Shown here: positions 48,453 through 60,881 of the stretch, in pieces
How the letters are laid out: each line of letters opens with the position of its first letter
Position numbering within the stretch: the stretch's first letter is position 1
Source: Sedimentisphaeraceae bacterium JB056
GTDB lineage: Bacteria > Planctomycetota > Phycisphaerae > Sedimentisphaerales > Sedimentisphaeraceae
NCBI GenBank assembly: GCA_044440125.1
Contig: JBITAJ010000015.1
Location: 192,001 to 256,000, forward strand
DNA: 64,000 bases
Direction of reading: 5' to 3'
Position numbers and translations under genes: made by a program
Notes under the pieces: generated by a model
The model's database searches: none
Told to the model about the DNA's origin: nothing
Seen by the model: the letters and a program-made list of their open reading frames with translations, nothing else

Positions 48453-49619
48453 ATGGGGTATTCTATGAAAAACCGCACTGTACACTATAAGCAATGGGGG
48501 AGCGATATTGAGCCGGAAGCAATAGAGCAGATGGATAGAGCTTGCAGCTTGCCTGTTTCTGTTGCCGGTGCACTTATGGCTGATGCTCATAGTGGATATG
48601 GTCTTCCTATTGGCGGGGTTCTTGCCGTTAGGGATGCGGTTATTCCTTATGCTGTCGGTGTTGATATTGCCTGCCGAATGAAGATGACTGTTTTGGATAT
48701 CACGGTTGATATGCTCCAGACACATAGCAAAAGACTGAAGAACGCTCTCTGCAGTGAGACATTATTTGGTGTTGGAGTCAGTTTCAAGAATAAACGTCAG
48801 CACCCGGTTATGGATGAGGACTGGGGATTTTCAAGCTTTATAAGGAAACTTAAAGACAAGGCTTGGAGTCAGCTTGGTACAAGCGGCAGCGGCAACCATT
48901 TTGTCGAGTTTGGAATTTTAGACATACCCAAGGCTGACTTAGGACTTGAAGCGGGTCAATATCTCGCTCTTCTCAGTCATAGCGGAAGTCGTGGCGTTGG
49001 TAATGATATTGCAAAATATTACAGTAATGTGGCTCTGAAATCTCATCCTGAACTATCGGCTCAGCTTTCACATCTTGCATGGCTTGATATGGATAGCTCT
49101 GCAGGGCAAGAGTATTGGAAATCCATGCAGCTTATGGGACTTTATGCATCAGCAAATCACGAGCTGATTCATTCGGCTATTCTTAATAATCTGAACGCAA
49201 ATAAACTTGCTGATATTGAAAATTACCACAATTTTGCATGGGAAGAGATGCATGAAGGCAGAAAGGTAATCGTTCACCGGAAGGGAGCTACACCGGCAGC
49301 GGTAGGGAATATTGGTATTATTCCGGGTTCTATGGCAACGCCGGGTTATGTAGTTCGAGGTAAAGGTAATGCTTTATCAATAAATTCAGCTTCTCATGGT
49401 GCCGGACGTAAAATGAGCAGAAGGAAGGCTAAAAAGCTTTTTAACTGGCATGATGCCAAAAAGTTTTTGGAAGATAGGGGTGTCGAACTTATATCTGCTG
49501 GTCTCGATGAGGTGCCGATGGCTTATAAGGATATAGATGAGGTGATGAAGGCCCAACATGATCTTGTTGAGCCTATCGCCAGATTCGATCCTAAGATAGT
49601 TAGAATGTCATCATCTTAA
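48453..49619 (+). CDS. rtcB: RtcB family RNA ligase
   Basis: DAHSGYGLPIGG, VGVDIAC, GSGNHFVE, HSGSRG, HNFA, HRKGA, SHGAGR, DEVPMAYK; start could be ATG 48465. Confidence 0.92.
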   Translation: MGYSMKNRTVHYKQWGSDIEPEAIEQMDRACSLPVSVAGALMADAHSGYGLPIGGVLAVRDAVIPYAVGVDIACRMKMTVLDITVDMLQTHSKRLKNALCSETLFGVGVSFKNKRQHPVMDEDWGFSSFIRKLKDKAWSQLGTSGSGNHFVEFGILDIPKADLGLEAGQYLALLSHSGSRGVGNDIAKYYSNVALKSHPELSAQLSHLAWLDMDSSAGQEYWKSMQLMGLYASANHELIHSAILNNLNANKLADIENYHNFAWEEMHEGRKVIVHRKGATPAAVGNIGIIPGSMATPGYVVRGKGNALSINSASHGAGRKMSRRKAKKLFNWHDAKKFLEDRGVELISAGLDEVPMAYKDIDEVMKAQHDLVEPIARFDPKIVRMSSS

Positions 49620-49623
49620 TTAT

Positions 49624-52278
49624 TTAGAAACTTATTTCCGAGTCGAATATTTTAAACTCGACAACATGTACGCTTGTGTTAACATTGTTTCGGAGCATGT
49701 TGAGCCTCACATATCTTGCTTTTGCTCCATCGGGATGAGCTATTTTGAATTTATGCAGATGCCCAAGGCTTGTCGCCATCTCTGTATTCTGTGACATATC
49801 AATGATTAGTGACCAGTTTTCACCGTCTGTCGAAGTTTCTATTGTATATTGATAGTATCTGCCGTTACCCCAGTAGGGATACACTTGGAAGCCGAAGATT
49901 GTTTCTGTTTTTTCAAGATCGACAGTTAGTGAAGCAGGTGCAGTTGCCCACCATGAAGATTGAAGGTTAGTATTGTTATCTACAGCAAGTTCCGGTTTAT
50001 GTCCATGTTCAATTCCTGTCGCTGTAACGGGCTTTTTTACGGCTATTCCTTGCGGAGTATCAAGACCAGGACCGCTGCCTTGTTCCCACATAACTGTGCC
50101 GTATTTCTCCCACATTTCTTTGCTTATTTCATAAGCATCTCCAGAAGGCTCTGTTGGCAGAATGCTTGTACTGTTGTACCAGTTATTTTTGAACTCGGCA
50201 GTCAGCTTATTGGAATCGATGTCTTTGAGATTTACGGCATTCGGCAGGTTCTCTTCGAGATTATTCAAGTATATTTCCCATTGTGGAATGATGTAGTCCG
50301 ACATATAACCAGACCATTCTTTTATCGCATATGTACCTATATTCCCACCCCAATCGGTTATCTGACGCTTTGCATTCCATTCAAGCAGTTGTTTTTCCTG
50401 AGGGTCGTTGCTGAGGTTGCGAAATCCTTCTATCCATTTGCCCAGAAGAAAATGTTCTGAACAGCCCATAAGTTTGTCAAAATCCCTTATGTATTGAAGC
50501 ATCTGAGCAGAAGACTGCTTGAATGCAGGCAAGTTTTGAGCTTCGTAGGCATTTCTGATCTTTGCGGTATAATGAGGGGCGTATATTCCCATTGCTTCAC
50601 GTCCGAGATTTATGAGGTCGAATTCGTATGCTTTACTTGTTTTGAGTTCTTTTCCGGCATCAAGCAAGCATTTCCATGCTTTGACTATATTCATATCAGG
50701 GCCGGAGTCAGGTAGTAGCTGTGGAGTAAAACAAAGAGGTGAACTGCCGGTTCTTTCTTGCGAGATGTAGCGACTTTTATATAAGGTTTCCCATGCCTTC
50801 TCTGCTGATTCGCTCTTAGTGCCATATCGTTTGATGATGTATTCATCTTTCCATTTTTCAAGATCAGTTACACCATCAGACCACATCATATCGAAAAGAA
50901 GCTCGAATACAACAGGGTTATAGCAAAGACCTTCCATTGCTATTCCGATTCCGGAAACATTACCTTTATCGGGTGAATTTTGCATCATATTGTAATTGTC
51001 AAATATCTGTTGAAGTCCGCCATAGATATCGACTTGATCGCCAAAGTTTTGTATTGCGCACCATATCCACTCCTTGCCATACCAACCATCTTGACGAAAC
51101 CATCCTGTCCATTGGCGGCTGTCGCCATGCAGTTCAAGAGCAAGCATGCGGTTATTTGGAATGGCATCAAAGAAAGTTTTGGTTCTGTCTTTTTTCCAGT
51201 AATGCCAGTCAAATTGAGGACTTTTACAGAACCATGTCATGAGAACCCATTTACCTTGAGGGTCTGCAGTGTCAATAGATGAGAATATGAGTTTGGCCAT
51301 ATTGGCTATATATGCTGGATCCGTACTTGGCGGATTCATTTCGTTAAACGGGTCTATTGAGTAGTAGTGGTCAGTACCATATATTTCTTGTTGCTTTTCA
51401 AGGAAAGTTGTTCCTATCTTGAGGAAAAGAGGGTCTTGCCAATCTAACGAAAGGGTTGGTTTGAATCCCTGCCAACTCAACTCATGCACTTTGATATGAG
51501 GAAATTTGCGTTTGAGAGCTTGCGGGATGTGTCCTGAGAAACCGGCTAATATAGGTTTCATGCCAAGGCTTCTTGCACGCTGCAGTATTTTTTTCTGCAG
51601 TTTCGATTGTAATTCTATTACTGATTGGGGCAGAGGGCCGCCCCAGCCGTCAAGATTTCCCATCCACTGCCACGGATACCATGCAGGGCCTGCGAAAAAG
51701 TCAGTAAGTTCTTCTTTATTTATTCCCAATTCTTCGTATGTTAACTGCCAAACTTTTTCCTGTCCCAGAAGGCAAAGCGGCAGGTCGATTCCGTTTAATG
51801 CCATTATATCAAGCATTCTTTCCCACTGAGGCCATTGCCAGTAAGCCATTGAATAGCCGTAAACGCAGTTGTTGAAGAAGTAACGGTATTTCATTGGTGT
51901 TGTTTGGCGGACTTTAGCTTTGAGTTTTGGAAGGGGGGAAGGTAGATTGAGATTGTCTCCTCTCCAAGAAACACTGCAATTGCACATTTCATTGAGATAC
52001 CATTTAAGCCCGCGGCAAGCAGAGACACCTGATGAGCCGCGTATTATGATTTTGCTGGCAAGTGATTCTATCTCAAATACGTCAAAACCATTGTCTGTGG
52101 GTATTGATTCAAATGCGAATCTAGAGGCAGTTTCTTCACTCAGGAGCCTGGTTGCTACTTCGCTGGCGCTTTGTATTTGCTGCTCAGATGTTGTTGAGGC
52201 GTTGGATACGGCAGTAATTATCAGAATGCAGAATAACAGATGCAGACTTTTAATATAAAATTTGACTTTTTTCATCAT
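49624..52278 (-). CDS. alpha-N-acetylglucosaminidase (GH89) with C-terminal F5/8 type C (CBM32-like) domain
   Basis: signal peptide; YRYFFNNCVYGYS, WMGNLDGWGGPLP, DPFNEM, AMEG, NAKRQITDWG; C-terminal LAVD...SWW...VDL...ARYVRL. Confidence 0.92.
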   Translation of the reverse strand: MMKKVKFYIKSLHLLFCILIITAVSNASTTSEQQIQSASEVATRLLSEETASRFAFESIPTDNGFDVFEIESLASKIIIRGSSGVSACRGLKWYLNEMCNCSVSWRGDNLNLPSPLPKLKAKVRQTTPMKYRYFFNNCVYGYSMAYWQWPQWERMLDIMALNGIDLPLCLLGQEKVWQLTYEELGINKEELTDFFAGPAWYPWQWMGNLDGWGGPLPQSVIELQSKLQKKILQRARSLGMKPILAGFSGHIPQALKRKFPHIKVHELSWQGFKPTLSLDWQDPLFLKIGTTFLEKQQEIYGTDHYYSIDPFNEMNPPSTDPAYIANMAKLIFSSIDTADPQGKWVLMTWFCKSPQFDWHYWKKDRTKTFFDAIPNNRMLALELHGDSRQWTGWFRQDGWYGKEWIWCAIQNFGDQVDIYGGLQQIFDNYNMMQNSPDKGNVSGIGIAMEGLCYNPVVFELLFDMMWSDGVTDLEKWKDEYIIKRYGTKSESAEKAWETLYKSRYISQERTGSSPLCFTPQLLPDSGPDMNIVKAWKCLLDAGKELKTSKAYEFDLINLGREAMGIYAPHYTAKIRNAYEAQNLPAFKQSSAQMLQYIRDFDKLMGCSEHFLLGKWIEGFRNLSNDPQEKQLLEWNAKRQITDWGGNIGTYAIKEWSGYMSDYIIPQWEIYLNNLEENLPNAVNLKDIDSNKLTAEFKNNWYNSTSILPTEPSGDAYEISKEMWEKYGTVMWEQGSGPGLDTPQGIAVKKPVTATGIEHGHKPELAVDNNTNLQSSWWATAPASLTVDLEKTETIFGFQVYPYWGNGRYYQYTIETSTDGENWSLIIDMSQNTEMATSLGHLHKFKIAHPDGAKARYVRLNMLRNNVNTSVHVVEFKIFDSEISF

Positions 52279-52445
52279 TTCTCTCTAAAGCTTAAAGTTG
52301 CAAATTTGTTTTACTCAAGGGTAAACGTTTGCCTTTATTATTGCTTAAAAAGAGAGGAAATCAAGTTTAATTTTACTTAATACCCTTAAACCTGCTAAAA
52401 GCTGAACAGAGAGATAGAAGTTGTTTTTTATTTGGAATCAGGTTT

Positions 52446-52628
52446 TTATTGCTCTGAAGCCATGTCAGCTTCGATTTCCTGTTCCATTTTATCCAGTTCA
52501 GAGCTTAGGTTTTCTTTTGTGATTTCAGGTTTATCGTTTGCCTTGGTCGGCTCGGAAGCTCTTTTGCAACCGGGCATAAGTAATAATACTGTAGCTAAAA
52601 GTAGAACTATAAAGTATTTTGAACGCAT
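52446..52628 (-). CDS. small lipoprotein (60 aa)
   Basis: AGGAG RBS; lipobox MPG-C; acidic amphipathic helix ITKENLSSELDKMEQEIEAD. Confidence 0.72.
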   Translation of the reverse strand: MRSKYFIVLLLATVLLLMPGCKRASEPTKANDKPEITKENLSSELDKMEQEIEADMASEQ

Positions 52629-52682
52629 TTTTTTCTCCTAAAATAAAAGTATGCAGGCAATTAGCCTGCTTTTACTTTCTGC

Positions 52683-53222
52683 TTAATCGTCATCATCTTC
52701 ATTGTTATCGCTGTCATCGCTATCATCATCTCCATCATCATCGTCTTTTTCTGTCTTTTCTTTTGATGATTGAGATTTGATCTTTTCTAACTTCTCTTCA
52801 TGACGTTTCTGTTCTTTCTCCATTAGGGATTCTATTCTTGCAATGGCTTTTTCGTCATCTGCTTCTTTGGCTACATCAAGCATTTTCTGAAGGCGTTCTT
52901 GTCTTTGGTTGTGCTTGGAAACTTCCTTTTCAGACTTTTCCTGGAATTTTTCGAGTCGTTTTTCTCTTGCTTGAGAGCCTTTATCTGCGGATTTCTCTTC
53001 TTTCTTAGACTTTCCCTTTTCTGCGTTTTCTTTGCCTTTTTCAGCTTTTTCCCGAGCTTCTTCCTTCGCTTTTTCTCTGGCTTCTTCCTGTCTGTCAGCC
53101 TGTTTCATATCAGCTTTTTTGCCAGAACCTTTTGCCTTTTGGGCTTTATCGGATTTTGCCATTAGAGAAGTTGAAAATAACAGCAAAGAGATAATTGCTA
53201 ACGTTGTAATGAGATGTTTCAT
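52683..53222 (-). CDS. secreted highly charged helical protein with poly-Asp tail
   Basis: Sec signal ending LMA; K/E-rich; helical core EKEVSKHNQRQERL...EKEQKRHEEKL; D-rich C-terminus. Confidence 0.75.
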   Translation of the reverse strand: MKHLITTLAIISLLLFSTSLMAKSDKAQKAKGSGKKADMKQADRQEEAREKAKEEAREKAEKGKENAEKGKSKKEEKSADKGSQAREKRLEKFQEKSEKEVSKHNQRQERLQKMLDVAKEADDEKAIARIESLMEKEQKRHEEKLEKIKSQSSKEKTEKDDDDGDDDSDDSDNNEDDDD

Positions 53223-53285
53223 TTTACCATTCCTTAATAAATGAATTTTTCGAAGACATAATCTTTATTCCTACCTGTAAATCTG

Positions 53286-53339
53286 ATTCTACAGCATTGG
53301 TATAGGAGTGTCAAGGTTTTAAATGCTTTTGACACTCCT
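53286..53339 (-). promoter_or_regulatory. near-consensus sigma70 promoter whose -35 lies in an inverted repeat
   Basis: minus strand TTGACA(53314-53309)-17 bp-TAGAAT(53291-53286); IR AGGAGTGTCAA-14 bp-TTGACACTCCT (53304-53339). Confidence 0.65.
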
Positions 53340-53357
53340 GATGTCGTTCGGCTTTTC

Positions 53358-55808
53358 TTATATGAAAAGATTTACGTTGGATTTTTCCGCTTTTCCAAGA
53401 TACATCGCAACGCCGCCTGTCTCAACACCGTCTATGAGTTCTTCTTTCTTGATTCCCATCAAATCCATTGACATAGCACAGGCAACAAGTCTTACGCCGT
53501 TTGCTTTGGCATTCTCTATTAACTCAGGCAGCGAAGATACGTTTTTCTTCTTCATTATGCCCTTTATCATTATTGTTCCCATTCCTCCCATGTTCATCTT
53601 TGATAGAGTGGTTTTTTCAGGGCCTCGCGGCATCATAAAGCCGAACATCTTCTCTATAAGGTTCTTTTTGACAGAGACGTGCTCTTTCTTTCTCAGCAGG
53701 TTGAGTCCCCAGAAAGTGAAAAATAGGGTCACGTCACTTCCTGTTGATGCTGCACCATTAGCGATAATGAACGCCGCCATTGCTTTATCAAAATCATTGC
53801 TGAATACTACCATTGTTTTACTGTTGGATCTGTCTGTGGGGCTTTGCGGTGAATCCTGATGGCTGCCTTTGGTTATTACAGCTCTGTAGCCGTCTCCGCT
53901 TGGTTTGAGTTCAATCAGGCTGTTTCCTGAGCTTTCACACCATGCAGGGATGTCAGCAACGAAGCCGGGATCGGTACTGGTGATTGCGATTGTCTGGCCA
54001 TCGTCAGCTTCATTCATAGCGTTTTTGAGTTTCATCACTGGTCCCGGACATTGAAGTCCGCAGGCGTCTATTTCTCTTGTTATTTCTGACATATTTTTAT
54101 CTCCACCAGAAGAGTTTTCTTTTTGAGTTGTTTTGACCGCGGCAGGTGATTCTGCCTTTGCTGTTGCCGCTTTGTATGTAGTCATTCCGCCAGATAGGTT
54201 CCTGCACTTGAAACCATTCTGGAGCAGAATCCTTGATGCAATGTAGCCGGTGAGTCCTACTCTGCAGAATACGAGAAGCTCCTTGTCTTTTGGAAGTTCA
54301 CTCAGCCTGTTTCGAAGTTGCGCCAAGGGGATATTTAGAGATTCTGGTATAGTTCCTGTCTGGACTTCATCAGATGTTCGAACATCAAGTGCGACCTGAT
54401 TCTCATTAATATTCAGCATGTCTTCCCAGTGGCAGACAGGCATATTCCCGTCGATTATGTTTGATGCTACAAAGCCGGCATAATTTACCGGGTCTTTTGC
54501 AGAACCGTATGGCGGAGCGTAAGAGAGTTCAAGTTCGCTGAGATCATGGACAGTCATTTTCCCCCTTATTGCCGCAGCGAAAACATCGATACGTTTGTCT
54601 ACACCTTTTGTACCAACTGCCTGAGCACCAAGAACCAGCCCGTTTTCAGGATCGAAAAGCATTTTAAGGCTTATCGTGGATGCCCCGGGATAATAGCCGG
54701 CATGGTCAGAAGGATGGATATATATTTTTTCGTAATTCCTGCCTATTCTTTTAAGTGTTTTCTCGTTTAGTCCCGTAGAGCCTGCTGTGATGTTAAATAT
54801 TTTGCAGACAGAAGTTCCTTGCGTGCCGCTGTATGAGCAATTGCCGCCCAAAATATTTTCCGCAGCGATTCTACCTTGCTTATTAGCAGGGCCGGCAAGT
54901 GGTATTACCGTCTTGAAACCGCCGACATAGTCCTCGACTTCTATCGCATCACCAACAGCATAGATATCCGGGGCGGAGGTCTGCATTTGTTTGTTAACTA
55001 AGATTCCGCCTCTTTCACCTATTTCGAGTCCGGCATCAACAGCAAGCTTTGTTTCCGGCTTTACGCCTATAGCAAGTATTATCATATCGCTTTTTAACTG
55101 CTGCCCATCTTCAAGAACGGCATTAAGAGTATCGCCGTCCTGGTGTATTTTTTGCAATTTACAGCCAAGCTTCAGATCTATGCCGTTTAAATTGAGGCAT
55201 GTATGTATCGGCTGAGCCATTTCACGGTCGAATGGTGCAAATGCCTGATGCATTGCTTCTATCAGTGAAACTTCTATACCTCTTTCTACCAATGCTTCTG
55301 CTGTTTCAAGTCCTATGAAGCCTGCTCCCACGACAATGGCTTTTGAGGGTTTGTCGTTGTCAACTACCTGCTTGATCTTATCCATATCGGGTATTGAACG
55401 AAGAGTAAATACTCTGTGGTGATCAACGCCTTCCATTGGCGGCACAAACGGTGCTGCGCCCGGGCTTAATATCAGGTTGTCGTATGGTACTGAGTATTCA
55501 CTATTGTCATCAAGGTTTTTTGCCAGCACCTCTTTTTTGTTGCGGTCTATTTTAATCACTTCCGTCTTGATTCTTACATCAATATTGAAACGGTTTTTCA
55601 TACCCTGTGGTGTTTGCACGAGAAGCTGGTCTCGCTCTTTTATGACACCGCCTATATGATACGGCAGGCCGCAATTTGCGAATGAGATATATTCGCCGCG
55701 TTCGAATACTGTTATTTCTGCGTTTTCGGAGAGCCTTCTTGCACGTGTCGCTGCTGAAGCACCGCCTGCTACGCCTCCAATTATGACTATTTTTTTGTTA
55801 TTGTTCAT
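53358..55808 (-). CDS. CoA-disulfide/persulfide reductase fused to rhodanese, TusA and DsrE2 domains
   Basis: GGVAGG, SFANCGLPY, GAGFIGLE, YAPPY; rhodanese FCRVGLTG; TusA DACGLQCPGP; DsrE2 FFTFWGL, ACAMSMD. Confidence 0.92.
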   Translation of the reverse strand: MNNNKKIVIIGGVAGGASAATRARRLSENAEITVFERGEYISFANCGLPYHIGGVIKERDQLLVQTPQGMKNRFNIDVRIKTEVIKIDRNKKEVLAKNLDDNSEYSVPYDNLILSPGAAPFVPPMEGVDHHRVFTLRSIPDMDKIKQVVDNDKPSKAIVVGAGFIGLETAEALVERGIEVSLIEAMHQAFAPFDREMAQPIHTCLNLNGIDLKLGCKLQKIHQDGDTLNAVLEDGQQLKSDMIILAIGVKPETKLAVDAGLEIGERGGILVNKQMQTSAPDIYAVGDAIEVEDYVGGFKTVIPLAGPANKQGRIAAENILGGNCSYSGTQGTSVCKIFNITAGSTGLNEKTLKRIGRNYEKIYIHPSDHAGYYPGASTISLKMLFDPENGLVLGAQAVGTKGVDKRIDVFAAAIRGKMTVHDLSELELSYAPPYGSAKDPVNYAGFVASNIIDGNMPVCHWEDMLNINENQVALDVRTSDEVQTGTIPESLNIPLAQLRNRLSELPKDKELLVFCRVGLTGYIASRILLQNGFKCRNLSGGMTTYKAATAKAESPAAVKTTQKENSSGGDKNMSEITREIDACGLQCPGPVMKLKNAMNEADDGQTIAITSTDPGFVADIPAWCESSGNSLIELKPSGDGYRAVITKGSHQDSPQSPTDRSNSKTMVVFSNDFDKAMAAFIIANGAASTGSDVTLFFTFWGLNLLRKKEHVSVKKNLIEKMFGFMMPRGPEKTTLSKMNMGGMGTIMIKGIMKKKNVSSLPELIENAKANGVRLVACAMSMDLMGIKKEELIDGVETGGVAMYLGKAEKSNVNLFI

Positions 55809-55820
55809 TTTGTCCTCCGT

Positions 55821-56126
55821 TTATTTGTCTAATTTGCAGTTTTTTGTAATACATTCAAGCAAAGACGGTAGTTGCGGTGATTTGATTTTATAATATACGG
55901 TACGGCCTCTTCTTTCGCTGCTCAAAAGGTCATGTCCCTTTAAGAGGCGAAGGTGTTCGCATGTCTGACTTGGTGATGTTTTGCACATTTCCGCAATCTC
56001 GTGCACGGCAAATTCACCCTGCATCAGCACATTGACTATTCGCAGTCTTACCGGATGAGCCATCACTTTCAGGCATTCGGCAGCCCTGTCAAGAATTTCA
56101 AACGATAAAAGCTCTGGTTTTTCCAT
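55821..56126 (-). CDS. ArsR/SmtB family regulator
   Basis: LKVMAHPVRLRI, HLRLLK, RRGRTVYY; five Cys. Confidence 0.92.
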   Translation of the reverse strand: MEKPELLSFEILDRAAECLKVMAHPVRLRIVNVLMQGEFAVHEIAEMCKTSPSQTCEHLRLLKGHDLLSSERRGRTVYYKIKSPQLPSLLECITKNCKLDK

Positions 56127-56152
56127 TTTAATATCCTCTGTTAAATATTAAT

Positions 56153-56175
56153 ATATCGAGATATTACGATATTAC
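56153..56175. promoter_or_regulatory. putative ArsR-family operator
   Basis: ATATCG-N8-CGATAT palindrome plus tandem GATATTAC repeat, about 27 bp upstream of the ArsR start. Confidence 0.5.
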
Positions 56176-56222
56176 GATGTTTTGGTTCGGAAAACAAGAA
56201 GTTTTTATAATTTTAATTGATA

Positions 56223-57050
56223 TTACTGATTTCTGAATTTTCCAGGCGGTAGACCCGTTAACTTCCTGAATTGTGAGCTGAATTCATAGACATTTGTATA
56301 ACCCAGTTGATATGCTATACTTACAAGCGGTTCGTTACGGTTGACGAGCAAGAGTCTTTTTGCCTCATCAATTCTTCTGCGAAGCCTGTATTGAGAAGGG
56401 GAGATGCCTGTTTCTGATTTGAAAATTTTTCTGAAGTTTTCATAACCCCATCCGTTTTCCTTACAAAACAGTTTAAGGTCGATTCTCTGATGTAAATCTT
56501 GAGTGAGCAGCCTGCATGCACGCATGACTATATTTTGATTTACAGAGTACTGGTTTGGTGTTGTAGCTATTATCTGCTGCTGCATTTCTATGAATTGCGG
56601 CAACAGCATTCTGAGTTGACTATTATTGCAATTTTCAAGTGTCCTGCGGAATTGAGCAATGGTTTCAGGTATGCTTCTGTCTATTACTGATTTGCCGCAT
56701 GGTTTTGTTGTATCTATCATTCCCATTTGGCATAAAGTATTGCAAAGACCAGTCCCGAAATCGATAAAGCATTCAATCCACTGATCGTCTTGTCCAATGA
56801 ATGTTGAATGGGTAAATCCGGGTATTCTTTGGAAGAAGCTGCCTTGCGAAAGTCCCCATTCTCCAATGCTGCATTTATAACTTCCTGTGCCGTTAATCAC
56901 ATAGCTGAGAGAGTATGTTGGAGGGTCGAAATTATAATGATCGATTCCGGGACGTTTTTTCATGAAGCCTGCACCTATAAGTTCGCGGGAACCGGCAGGC
57001 CCCATTGTTCTGTGAAACGGGCCTGGTTGAAACTCAAAATCAAAAATCAT
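56223..57050 (-). CDS. AraC family regulator
   Basis: FRKIFKSETGISPSQY, IAYQLGY, FSSQFRKLTGLPPGKFR; divergent from GH2 gene. Confidence 0.92.
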   Translation of the reverse strand: MIFDFEFQPGPFHRTMGPAGSRELIGAGFMKKRPGIDHYNFDPPTYSLSYVINGTGSYKCSIGEWGLSQGSFFQRIPGFTHSTFIGQDDQWIECFIDFGTGLCNTLCQMGMIDTTKPCGKSVIDRSIPETIAQFRRTLENCNNSQLRMLLPQFIEMQQQIIATTPNQYSVNQNIVMRACRLLTQDLHQRIDLKLFCKENGWGYENFRKIFKSETGISPSQYRLRRRIDEAKRLLLVNRNEPLVSIAYQLGYTNVYEFSSQFRKLTGLPPGKFRNQ

Positions 57051-57148
57051 TTTTCACCATATAATAAAATACCATTTAACGTAAAAAGTTTACCATTTTC
57101 CAGATTGAATTGCAAGCAGGTTTGTATTAATATGTTTTTTTAACTTGA

Positions 57149-60325
<3,177 letters not shown>

Positions 60326-60330
60326 AAATC

Positions 60331-60367
60331 AAAACGCTGATGGCAATACAAGTCGTCAGCGTTTTTT
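60331..60367 (+). terminator. intrinsic terminator after GH2 gene
   Basis: AAAACGCTGATGGC...GTCGTCAGCGTTTTTT. Confidence 0.8.
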
Positions 60368-60504
60368 ATGTGGTGGTTTGGGTAGTTGAATGTGTGGGAA
60401 ATAACTTGTGTATTATTTGTTTGATAATATAATTATTGACGTTGATTGTTGGAAAACCTATTTCTAAAAGTTTTTATGAATCTTTGTGTTTTGAAAGGAA
60501 AAAT

Positions 60505-60822
60505 ATGAAAAAAGGATTTGTCCTTACAATTTTATTGTCAATGTCATTTTTTTTAACATCCTGTACAGTAGTAGGAACTGTTTATAAGCATGATAATATT
60601 CAACAGTTAAAAGTAGGAATGACAGAGCAAGAAGTGATTAACATTCTCGGAGCTGAACCGTTTTCTCGCAGTGCTTTAAATGGTGGGTATCTTTTACAAT
60701 GGCAATATTCCTATGGCACTGCATTGGCAACTTGTGGAGCAAGGCATCTTGCTGTCTTGTTTTCGAATGACGGGAAAATGATTAAGGTTACTCAAGATAC
60801 GAGAGTTGGTGAAAGTTTATGA
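60505..60822 (+). CDS. SmpA/BamE-like small lipoprotein
   Basis: AAAGGA RBS; lipobox LTS-C; IQQLKVGMTEQEVINILG.P motif. Confidence 0.7.
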   Translation: MKKGFVLTILLSMSFFLTSCTVVGTVYKHDNIQQLKVGMTEQEVINILGAEPFSRSALNGGYLLQWQYSYGTALATCGARHLAVLFSNDGKMIKVTQDTRVGESL

Positions 60823-60881
60823 GTATAGACAGACGTTTTTTTTTGATTAGATTCTTGAATTAATTGAAAGGGGGATGCTGA

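Noticed and set aside
48399..48455. In-frame TGA directly before rtcB (selenocysteine or read-through?)
   Set aside because: The upstream frame closes at TAA 48399 after 16 codons with no RtcB-like sequence, and the TGA is not at a catalytic Cys position
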